Assembly (NCBI GenBank): GCA_964606285.1
Contig: CAZSFP010000003.1
Coordinates: 20,967-84,966 of the forward strand
Direction of reading: 5' to 3'
Source of the DNA: an uncultured Candidatus Saccharibacteria bacterium
GTDB lineage: Bacteria; Patescibacteriota; Minisyncoccia; Phycocordibacterales; UBA9973
Length of the DNA: 64,000 nt
Numbering within the stretch: position 1 is the stretch's first letter; every line of letters begins with the position of its first letter. Below the pieces are notes generated by a model. The model was given only the letters and a program-made list of their open reading frames with translations. It was not told where the DNA came from and did no database searches. This document shows positions 30,119 through 38,083 of the stretch, in pieces. The translations under genes were made by a program, and so were the position numbers.

Positions 30119-30898
30119 CTAAGATTCTATTGGCAACCCGAGGACAATCTTTTCTGCAAGGATCATGGAGTGGGAAGTTTTTTCTCCATCAATAATACTT
30201 TTTCCGTCGATCCCCAGCTGCTCTCCCGAGACAGCAATGTTGTGCTCCCTCAATACATTTTTCACCATAGACATAGCTCGCACGACTTCTTGTCTATTCG
30301 CACCATGGAGGACGATATTATCAAACTTTTCCTGAAGATTTTTCAATGAACTAGAAATTTTCATTTTACCATTATAGACACGAGAAAGATCTGTATTAAT
30401 ATCACGAATAATTGATTCTATATTCACCTCGAAATCAGTAAGTGATGTTTCACCCACCGTAATATATCCTTTTCTCCGTTTTCCATCCGCTTCTTTATTT
30501 TGGGGATCTTTATGTGTGAAATGCAACCATGCACCATCAAATTCACTGTTTGAAAATTTCTTTTCCAAAGATTTTACCTTATCTCTGTATTCTTTCCATC
30601 CTTCCGGCTGCGATTCCCTATCTTTCCATCCCGGCATTCGGGCAAACGTATTCATGGCATTTTTTCGCAATTCTGGACGAGCGGTCAAAACTTCATAGAG
30701 TTGATTTCGTATCAAAAACTGTGGCATATCCATATCATCCTTGAGATTTTTCTTTTGAACATCGAGAAGGTGCTTGAGATTTTTTTGCAGTATTTTCGCC
30801 CACTCTTCTTGGGACGCATTGCGAATAGTCTCCTCAATATATTCCTTTGTTTGAGGAACTTTTTCTCCACCACTTGATCCTTGTGATATCTTTTCCAT
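30119..30898 (-). CDS. Hypothetical protein
   Basis: 259-aa ORF, ATG start. Confidence 0.65.
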   Translation of the reverse strand: MEKISQGSSGGEKVPQTKEYIEETIRNASQEEWAKILQKNLKHLLDVQKKNLKDDMDMPQFLIRNQLYEVLTARPELRKNAMNTFARMPGWKDRESQPEGWKEYRDKVKSLEKKFSNSEFDGAWLHFTHKDPQNKEADGKRRKGYITVGETSLTDFEVNIESIIRDINTDLSRVYNGKMKISSSLKNLQEKFDNIVLHGANRQEVVRAMSMVKNVLREHNIAVSGEQLGIDGKSIIDGEKTSHSMILAEKIVLGLPIES

Positions 30899-30909
30899 AT
30901 ATAAAACTA

Positions 30910-30990
30910 TTATACACCATGCTTCTTGTGAAGTTTCTCAATTTCAGCATCATCCCCACTTCACTTGTCAGTTTCGCGGGGCAAGCCCTC
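30910..30990 (-). pseudogene. Displaced second copy of the cca 3' end, preceded by a REP
   Basis: REP 30986-30955, then DDAEIEKLHKKHGV* versus current DEEEIIKLHAKHGIRK*. Confidence 0.8.
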
Positions 30991-32499
30991 TTATTTTCTT
31001 ATTCCATGTTTCGCATGGAGCTTAATAATTTCTTCTTCGTCCAACTGTTCCTTTGTCGTCTTTGCTTTCTCCCCTAGTGCTCGTAATTCTTTATCAGGTA
31101 ATGTTTCAAGTTCAATAACTCGAGCACTGAGGGTTTCAATAGTATTCTTTTCTGGATTTTCTAATACTTCTTCGAGGAGTGCGTTCAAAATCCAACCCAT
31201 GCGGGGACCAGGTTTCATATTCATATCCTGCATCAGATAGTTTCCATTTACTTTTAATTGTTTCACTGAGATCGGATCACGGAGACATTCTTCGATCATC
31301 GCATGATACTTACGGAGACGGTACGGTGCTTCTTTTTTCTTCATCCCTACCCTGTCGCATTCACGAACCTGCATTAATGTCCAAATATTTTCAACTCCAA
31401 CATTGGCAATCATTCGACGAACCGCTGACAAAGTAATTTGTTCAGTATCTGAGAAAAACATATGATAGCGGACAAGTTTCACAACCAGATCGGTATCAAC
31501 TTTCGAAAATTTGAGTCGATCCATGATTTTCTGCACCATTCGTGCACCAACAACTTCGTGTCCATAGAAGGTATATTCTTTCTTTTGTCCCGGTCGGCGT
31601 GTGCGAGGTTTACCAATATCATGAAACAAAGCGGCTAGTTTCACATGAAACGGATATCCTTTGTCGGCGGCGTGCTGACAAGCTTGAACCAAGTGAGTAA
31701 AGACATCATATATATGTGCACCACCTTGTTCACAGCCGATCCCTTCTTGGAGCTCGGGAATCATATATTGAAGGAGACCAGATTTTTCCAAGAGTCCGAT
31801 ACCAGTCATAGGATTCGGCGAATTTACTATTTTCACGAATTCATCACGAATACGCTCCGCTGAGATGGTTTTAAGGAGATGAGTATTGGTATTTATAGCA
31901 TGAAACGTTTCATGTGAAACAACAAAGCCTAATTGGACAGAAAAACGGATAGCCCGGAGCATTCGGAGTGCGTCTTCTTCAAAACGACATTGTGGATCCC
32001 CTACTGTTTTAAGGATTTTGTCCTTTATGTCGTTTTGACCACCATACATGTCGATGAGATGTCCTTTTGAATTCAGGGCCATTGCATTGACTGTAAAGTC
32101 ACGTCGCCTGAGGTCATCTTCAATGTTTGTACTAAATTGCACGGTATCCGGATGACGATTGTCACTATACTTCCCTTCTATACGGTATGGAGTAACCTCA
32201 ACGATATTATTAGCTTCTGGCGACTGGCGACTGGCATCTAGCTCATTCTTATTCTCAAACACCACAGCGACGGTACCGAATTTATTCTCATAGACTGTCT
32301 TTTCAAACAAGCTGATAATCTGTTCCGGAGTCGCATTTGTCGTCACATCCCAATCTTTTGGTACTTTTCCCAATATCAAATCTCGAACACACCCACCGAC
32401 AAGGTAAGCTTCAAATCCTCCATTTTCAAGAGTTTTTGTTACACGTGAAACATAATCAGGGATTAGATTCAGGTTTATAGATTGTAGTTCTTGTTTCAT
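30991..32499 (-). CDS. cca: CCA tRNA nucleotidyltransferase with HD domain
   Basis: VGGCVRD, DWDVTT, DL.RRDFTVNAMA, EDALRMLRAIRF, HDIGKP. Confidence 0.9.
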   Translation of the reverse strand: MKQELQSINLNLIPDYVSRVTKTLENGGFEAYLVGGCVRDLILGKVPKDWDVTTNATPEQIISLFEKTVYENKFGTVAVVFENKNELDASRQSPEANNIVEVTPYRIEGKYSDNRHPDTVQFSTNIEDDLRRRDFTVNAMALNSKGHLIDMYGGQNDIKDKILKTVGDPQCRFEEDALRMLRAIRFSVQLGFVVSHETFHAINTNTHLLKTISAERIRDEFVKIVNSPNPMTGIGLLEKSGLLQYMIPELQEGIGCEQGGAHIYDVFTHLVQACQHAADKGYPFHVKLAALFHDIGKPRTRRPGQKKEYTFYGHEVVGARMVQKIMDRLKFSKVDTDLVVKLVRYHMFFSDTEQITLSAVRRMIANVGVENIWTLMQVRECDRVGMKKKEAPYRLRKYHAMIEECLRDPISVKQLKVNGNYLMQDMNMKPGPRMGWILNALLEEVLENPEKNTIETLSARVIELETLPDKELRALGEKAKTTKEQLDEEEIIKLHAKHGIRK

Positions 32500-32512
32500 A
32501 TAGAAACAGTTG

Positions 32513-32583
32513 TGCGGGTAGGGAGAATCGAACTCCCGTCTCATCCTTGGCAAGGACGTGTTCTACCACTAAACCATACCCGC
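32513..32583 (-). tRNA. tRNA-Gly(GCC)
   Basis: Cloverleaf; anticodon loop TTGCCAA; TTCGA T-loop; no encoded CCA. Confidence 0.95.
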
Positions 32584-32687
32584 AACTCATAATGAATAAG
32601 ACTGATTATAACTAAATATGTCACTTATGCAAATATTTCTTTGTATTGTTTAGGTTTTATGTATAATGAATTGAGTTGGCGTGATAT

Positions 32688-32759
32688 GCACCCGTGGTGA
32701 AACGGATATCACAACGGTCTTCGGAACCGTTATTGCAAGTTCGATTCTTGCCGGGTGCA
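32688..32759 (+). tRNA. tRNA-Arg(TCG)
   Basis: GCACCCG/CGGGTGC acceptor stem; ACGGT-CTTCGGA-ACCGT anticodon arm. Confidence 0.93.
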
Positions 32760-33169
32760 CATAAACAAAAGGCTTGGATATTCTCATATCCAAGCCTTTT
32801 GTTATTTTAATAGACTTCCCTATGTCTTTTATATCTTTATAAAGGACACATAAAAACCATATATTGTCTTTTATATAGTTTTTAAACCTTTATTTTCAAT
32901 GAAACTGTGGATAACTTAGTGGATATTGTGTATAAGATGTCTTTTAAAGACAGTAAAATAAAACGACAAAATATAAAATAACTATATATATCAACGTATT
33001 TTATAATGTCGTATAGAATAGGTATTTTTTCCCATATATTCACATATAAATGTTTCACGTGAAACGATTTTAAAGTATTTAGTATGAGTACATAGTACTC
33101 ATGTATAGTTTCATGTGAAACTATATTAAATACTATGTACTAAGTACTATATTCTATATACTGAGTAAT

Positions 33170-33607
33170 ATGCCCAAGGTATTCACATCAAAAACCCAGA
33201 AGATAGGGGAATTAGGAGAGAAAATCGCCTGTAAGTACCTCATTTCCAAAGGTTTCAATATTCTCGATCAAAATATCACCAAGAAATATGGAGAAATAGA
33301 TATTCTCGCTCAAAAAAATAATAAAATTCATTTTATAGAAGTAAAAAGTGTTTCTGTGAGAGATTTATCTTCTGTTTCACACTTGCCCGGTGGAACTTTA
33401 GTGAAGTCGGGTGAAATAAAAGATTTTATCAACCCAGCCGAACAAATGCATTCTAAAAAACAGGAACGAATGAAGAAAATGATCAATGGATATCTCACAT
33501 CAGAAAAATATAAAGAGGAATGGGTGGTTGATCTCATTTGTGTCTATATTCATCACGACACACATCGCGCAAAAATTAAAATATATGAAAATATAATACT
33601 TTTTTAG
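33170..33607 (+). CDS. yraN: YraN family (UPF0102) endonuclease-like protein
   Basis: G..GE.IA..YL..KGF.I, GEIDILA, FIEVK. Confidence 0.85.
   Translation: MPKVFTSKTQKIGELGEKIACKYLISKGFNILDQNITKKYGEIDILAQKNNKIHFIEVKSVSVRDLSSVSHLPGGTLVKSGEIKDFINPAEQMHSKKQERMKKMINGYLTSEKYKEEWVVDLICVYIHHDTHRAKIKIYENIILF
33381..33410 (+). repeat. 30-bp REP inserted in-frame in yraN, splitting a parS site
   Basis: TGTTTCAC|ACTTGCCCGG...GAAGTCGG|GTGAAATA. Confidence 0.7.
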
Positions 33608-33713
33608 TTATCCACAGTTATCCACCGTTTTTCAACATTTTGTTTTTGTTTTGTACACCTATCCACAGAAAAAATTGGGAGTATAATAACTCTTACTAAT
33701 AACTTTTTTCGCT

Positions 33714-35063
33714 ATGTTTGATACAAAACAATTGTGGGATAAAACTTTGGAGTATTTACAACTAGAAGTCTCAAAGGCTAATTTCACGACATGGTTGAAA
33801 AATACTCATATAACAAAGGAAGAGGGAGGGATAGTCTACGTCGGTGTACCAAATGAATTTGTGAAGGAGTGGCTCATCACAAAATACAATAAAATCATCA
33901 CAAAAACCCTCATTGATCTCTCTGACCAGATTCGTGGTGTTGAATATGTCATCACAAAACTTGAATCGAAACCTAAAGATCAAATCTTGAGTGATAAACT
34001 CTTTAATATAAAGGAACTTCCACTTCAGGATCTCTATAACATCAATAAAGATGATAATTTGAACCCCCGATATACATTTGAAACGTTTATCGTCGGTACA
34101 TTCAATGAGTTGGCATATGCAGCAGGGAAATCTATCGTTGCAAAGCCGGGAATTTCTTATAATCCCTTCTTTGTCTATGGTGGTACCGGCCTCGGCAAGA
34201 CTCATCTCCTTCAAGCTATGGGAAATGAAGTCAAAAAGAACTTTCCAGATAAAAAAGTCCATTATATTACCTTGGAAAAGTTTGCAACTGATCTTGTTAA
34301 TTCATTTCAGACCAATAAAGCCAACTCTTTCAAAGAAAAATACCGAAAATATGACATGTTGATCATTGATGATATTCAATTTATAGGCAAAATGGAGAGA
34401 ACCCAAGAAGAACTCTTCCACACATTCAATACATTCTTCCAAAATAACAAAGCAATCATATTTTCATCTGACAAGCACCCAAACCATATTCCAGGACTCG
34501 AAGATCGTCTCCGAACACGCTTTGGACAGGGAATGATCGTTGATATTACTGAACCAGACTATGAATCCCGTCTTGCTATCCTCCAGAGAAAGATCACAGA
34601 GAACAATATTCACCTCAATACCGACGTTGTCAGCTATATTGCAGATGTCGTCGAAGGAAGTATTCGAGAACTTGAAGGTGCCCTCAATACCATCCTCTGT
34701 CACATTCAGCTCAAACAGCGTCAAATCAACCTCCAGGAAACGAAACTTCTCCTAAAGAACAGTATTAAACCAAAGAAAACCATACCTATAGAAGAAGTGG
34801 TTAATATCATCACTCAATTCTATAACCTTGAAAAAGATGCTATTTACGAGAAGACTCGACGGAAAGAAATTGTTAAAGCCCGACAAATCACCATGTTTCT
34901 CCTTCGTGAAGACTTCAGTATCTCGTATCCGATGATTGGTCAGCGTCTCGGCGGCAAAGATCACACAACTGTCATTCACTCCCATATGAAGATCAAGAAT
35001 GATGTGAAAACAAATCCAGCAATCAAAGAAGAAATAGAGCAGATTCGGATGATGTTCAAATGA
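33714..35063 (+). CDS. dnaA: Chromosomal replication initiator DnaA
   Basis: LNPRYTFETF, GGTGLGKTHLL, IDDIQF, G.KDHTTVIH. Confidence 0.98.
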   Translation: MFDTKQLWDKTLEYLQLEVSKANFTTWLKNTHITKEEGGIVYVGVPNEFVKEWLITKYNKIITKTLIDLSDQIRGVEYVITKLESKPKDQILSDKLFNIKELPLQDLYNINKDDNLNPRYTFETFIVGTFNELAYAAGKSIVAKPGISYNPFFVYGGTGLGKTHLLQAMGNEVKKNFPDKKVHYITLEKFATDLVNSFQTNKANSFKEKYRKYDMLIIDDIQFIGKMERTQEELFHTFNTFFQNNKAIIFSSDKHPNHIPGLEDRLRTRFGQGMIVDITEPDYESRLAILQRKITENNIHLNTDVVSYIADVVEGSIRELEGALNTILCHIQLKQRQINLQETKLLLKNSIKPKKTIPIEEVVNIITQFYNLEKDAIYEKTRRKEIVKARQITMFLLREDFSISYPMIGQRLGGKDHTTVIHSHMKIKNDVKTNPAIKEEIEQIRMMFK

Positions 35064-35294
35064 TGGGGAAAAGATGTGAGTAAACTGGGAATAAAAAGTG
35101 GATTATACACAGAGGTTATCAAAAGATAGAAAAAGTTATCAAACGTTATCCGGAAATTAAGAGAAAAATAAACAGAGAGTGGGGAAAATAAAGATTGAAA
35201 TATATAGATATAGTGACCTTATCCACATATTAACAGCCCTAATAGTAATAATAAGTATATATATAATAAATAGATATATACTGTAGATAACATT
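35064..35294. promoter_or_regulatory. dnaA-dnaN intergenic region, oriC part 2
   Basis: TTATACACA 35103, TTATCCACA 35219, AT-rich DUE-like stretch. Confidence 0.65.
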
Positions 35295-36389
35295 ATGATA
35301 CTCGAATGCTCAACTGAAAAACTCAAACAAGCTCTCGGATATGCAGAACGCATGACTGGGAAGAACTTGTCTTTACCGATTCTTGGATCATTGTTATTTA
35401 TTGCATCAGGAAAGACACTTCGAATCCGAGCAACCAATCTTTCTCTTGGTATTGAAATAGAAGTTCCAGCAAAGATCGAACAAGAAGGGGTTATTGCTGT
35501 GAAGGCAGATACGGTCAGTGCAGCAGTTCATTCGTTTGTTTCAAATGATATGGTTACTCTCTCGCTCGACAATAGTAATCTTCTTCTGAAGACAAAACAG
35601 AATAAAGTGCTCGTGAAAGCATTCTCACATGAAGACTTCCCAACGCTTCCAGTGGTTGCAGGTCAGGAAATATACCTTTCAGCAAAAAAACTCATTGACG
35701 GGCTCAAATCAGTCGTTTACAGCGCATCTGTGTCCGATATCAAACCGGAGCTTGCGAGTGTGTATGTCTATCCATCCGATGGGCAGATCTTTTTTGTTGC
35801 AACAGATGCATTTCGATTGGCAGAAAAGAAAGTAAAGGGTGGGGAAGGGGAATGGAAAGGAATATTGATCCCGGCAAAGAATGCACTTGAAGTCATAAAA
35901 CTGTTTCAAGACTATGGTGATGATATAAAAATAATCATCAGTGACAATCAGCTCTCATTTACAACGAGTATGATGTATGTGACATCACGACTCGTCGCAA
36001 ATCCGTTTCCTGACTATACCCAGATTCTTCCAAAGGAACCAAAAACACAGGTGACTGTCCTTAAGCAGGATCTCGTAAATGCATTGAAATTGACTACTGT
36101 TTTTTCTGATAAGTTCAATCAAGTAAATATCAGTGTTGTTGGTGCTGAGAAAAAAATGGCGATCGGTGCCAAGAACGCGGATACAGGGGAACAGATTACA
36201 AAGGTTGATGCGGCAATTTCTGGGGATGATATAGAAATGAATGTGAACTATCGCCATATGATGGATTGTTTCCAGTCGATTGGACAGGATAGTATCACAC
36301 TGTCATTTACGGATACGAACCGACCAATAGTAATTCGTGGGGTGTCTGATCAATCATTCCTTTATTTAATAATGCCAATGAACAGATAA
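35295..36389 (+). CDS. dnaN: DNA polymerase III beta clamp
   Basis: LPIL, ATNL, DFP.LP, VATD.FRLA, YLIMPM. Confidence 0.96.
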   Translation: MILECSTEKLKQALGYAERMTGKNLSLPILGSLLFIASGKTLRIRATNLSLGIEIEVPAKIEQEGVIAVKADTVSAAVHSFVSNDMVTLSLDNSNLLLKTKQNKVLVKAFSHEDFPTLPVVAGQEIYLSAKKLIDGLKSVVYSASVSDIKPELASVYVYPSDGQIFFVATDAFRLAEKKVKGGEGEWKGILIPAKNALEVIKLFQDYGDDIKIIISDNQLSFTTSMMYVTSRLVANPFPDYTQILPKEPKTQVTVLKQDLVNALKLTTVFSDKFNQVNISVVGAEKKMAIGAKNADTGEQITKVDAAISGDDIEMNVNYRHMMDCFQSIGQDSITLSFTDTNRPIVIRGVSDQSFLYLIMPMNR

Positions 36390-36390
36390 T

Positions 36391-36654
36391 ATGGATCTGA
36401 AACAAAAAACTCTCGGTGATTTTTTTTCTTCGATTAAAAAAATCATCAATAAAAGTGGAGATCAAAAAGAACGGGTAATTACTATTGTCAAAGGATTGAC
36501 GGGGGTCGTTCTTTCATCATCACAAATCCAATGTTATGAAAATTCTGTTTCCATACATGCATCCCCGATAGAAAAAATGGAAATCCTCAATCGGAAAAAA
36601 ATGATTGAAGAAAAATTGAAATCAGAAACAGGGGAGATGTATACAATTCGGTAA
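36391..36654 (+). CDS. Hypothetical protein (possibly DciA-like)
   Basis: 87 aa, starts 1 bp after the dnaN stop. Confidence 0.55.
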   Translation: MDLKQKTLGDFFSSIKKIINKSGDQKERVITIVKGLTGVVLSSSQIQCYENSVSIHASPIEKMEILNRKKMIEEKLKSETGEMYTIR

Positions 36655-36709
36655 ATAAAAATCCGACTCATATGAGTCGGATTTTGTTTATATAAATTTA
36701 TTTTATAGA

Positions 36710-37099
36710 TTAATTGAATAATAATTTTATTCCTTTTTCAAACCCATATTTCGGACGTAATTCTTTGTAAAACTTACGTTCTGATTCCAAAAGGGAAGAA
36801 ATCTTATTTTCACGATATTTTTTTGATGAATCAAGAAAATCTTTACCTTCTTTTATACTTGTATTCATTGTTATAAAAAAATCTTGGGCAACAAGAGAAA
36901 GCCCCAGAAATACATCGTCCTTATTTGTTCCAGAAAGTGTTTTTATTGAAACTGCGAGTTCTGGTAATTCAACTGTTTCAATAAATTTTGGAATTGATAA
37001 AGATTCTTCATCTGCACGTTTTTGGGTTTGTTGTTCGAGTCCTTCGAGAAAAGTTGTGATTCCTTGAATCATTTTTTTGTTAAAGCCACAGAGTGCCAT
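36710..37099 (-). CDS. Hypothetical protein
   Basis: 129-aa ORF divergent from a regulator. Confidence 0.6.
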   Translation of the reverse strand: MALCGFNKKMIQGITTFLEGLEQQTQKRADEESLSIPKFIETVELPELAVSIKTLSGTNKDDVFLGLSLVAQDFFITMNTSIKEGKDFLDSSKKYRENKISSLLESERKFYKELRPKYGFEKGIKLLFN

Positions 37100-37174
37100 A
37101 GGTATATAGTTTTTTAAGTTTTATTTAAGATACCTCTCTGTTGACATTTTTACAAAAATTGCTATATTTTTCCT

Positions 37175-38038
37175 ATGGTAGTAAACTTTAAGTTTAAAAA
37201 TGGACTAGTGTCATCTGGAACACTTCGAGATAAAATCATTGTGTTACTCGGTGAAAAACCATTATCAGGGAGTGATATTGTTGTTGTCTTTTGTAATTCA
37301 AATAATGTTACTCCTCAAGCTGTTTATAAAGCACTTCGTGTCCTTGTTCATGAAGAAATAATTGTTAAAGAAAAACAATTATTTACCTTGAATGCGCTAT
37401 GGCTTTCACATATGAGAAAATTTATTGATATGAGTGAATATATTCTTGGGGTCCATCATGAGCAATCTTTTTTTGATCCACTTTCAAAATCCCGTCAAAT
37501 TACTTTACGATTCAAAAATACAGAACTCCTTGATATATATTGCGGACATTTGTTATTGACACTCTTCGATCGTTTTAAAGGAAAACCAATATTTTTCTAT
37601 AACCATCATGAGTGGTTTATATATGATAGACCGCTTTCAGAAAATTATTTATATGAAAAAGTTGCAGAATCCGGACACAGAGTTTTTTTGACACTGGGAG
37701 CAGATACATCTCTTGCTCGATCATTCAGAAAAAAATTTGAGAAAGGAAACATACAAATCACTATTGATGAATCTTTTTCTATTCCAATAACTGACTATAT
37801 TTGTATTATTGGTGAGTATATTATTACCGCCCGATATGATAGATCGACCGTACAGGCGATCGATAATCTTTTTAAAGTAGCAACATTTACTACTGAAGAT
37901 GATAGTAAAAAATTGCGAAAAATTTTAGATAATTGTACAGATGCTCGAATTATTATAAATCGAAATAATAAACGCGCACAAAAATTAAGAAAAAAATTAG
38001 CGAAGAATTTCATTATTAAAAAAGAAGAATTAGAATAA
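37175..38038 (+). CDS. Putative wHTH transcriptional regulator (paralog of 19059-19898)
   Basis: TPQAVYKALRVL..EIIVK; YNHHEWF; RNNKRA.KL.K. Confidence 0.65.
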   Translation: MVVNFKFKNGLVSSGTLRDKIIVLLGEKPLSGSDIVVVFCNSNNVTPQAVYKALRVLVHEEIIVKEKQLFTLNALWLSHMRKFIDMSEYILGVHHEQSFFDPLSKSRQITLRFKNTELLDIYCGHLLLTLFDRFKGKPIFFYNHHEWFIYDRPLSENYLYEKVAESGHRVFLTLGADTSLARSFRKKFEKGNIQITIDESFSIPITDYICIIGEYIITARYDRSTVQAIDNLFKVATFTTEDDSKKLRKILDNCTDARIIINRNNKRAQKLRKKLAKNFIIKKEELE

Positions 38039-38083
38039 TAAAAAATACCGGACATATGTCCGGTATTTTTTATTTATTATTTT

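Larger units (their letters stand above)
31637..33122. promoter_or_regulatory. parS cluster (5 sites)
   Basis: TGTTTCACGTGAAACA-like palindromes at 31637, 31906, 32437, 33051, 33107. Confidence 0.8.
32906..33670. promoter_or_regulatory. DnaA boxes upstream of dnaA (oriC part 1)
   Basis: TGTGGATAA 32906, TGTGTATAA 32927, TTATCCACA 33608, TTATCCACC 33618, CTATCCACA 33660; AT-rich context. Confidence 0.75.

Noticed and set aside
30119-30898. HopA1-like effector domain
   Set aside because: Only a vague motif resemblance; not supportable without a profile search
32500-32553. N-terminal extension of cca in the ORF track
   Set aside because: Overlaps tRNA-Gly; the true start is probably 32499
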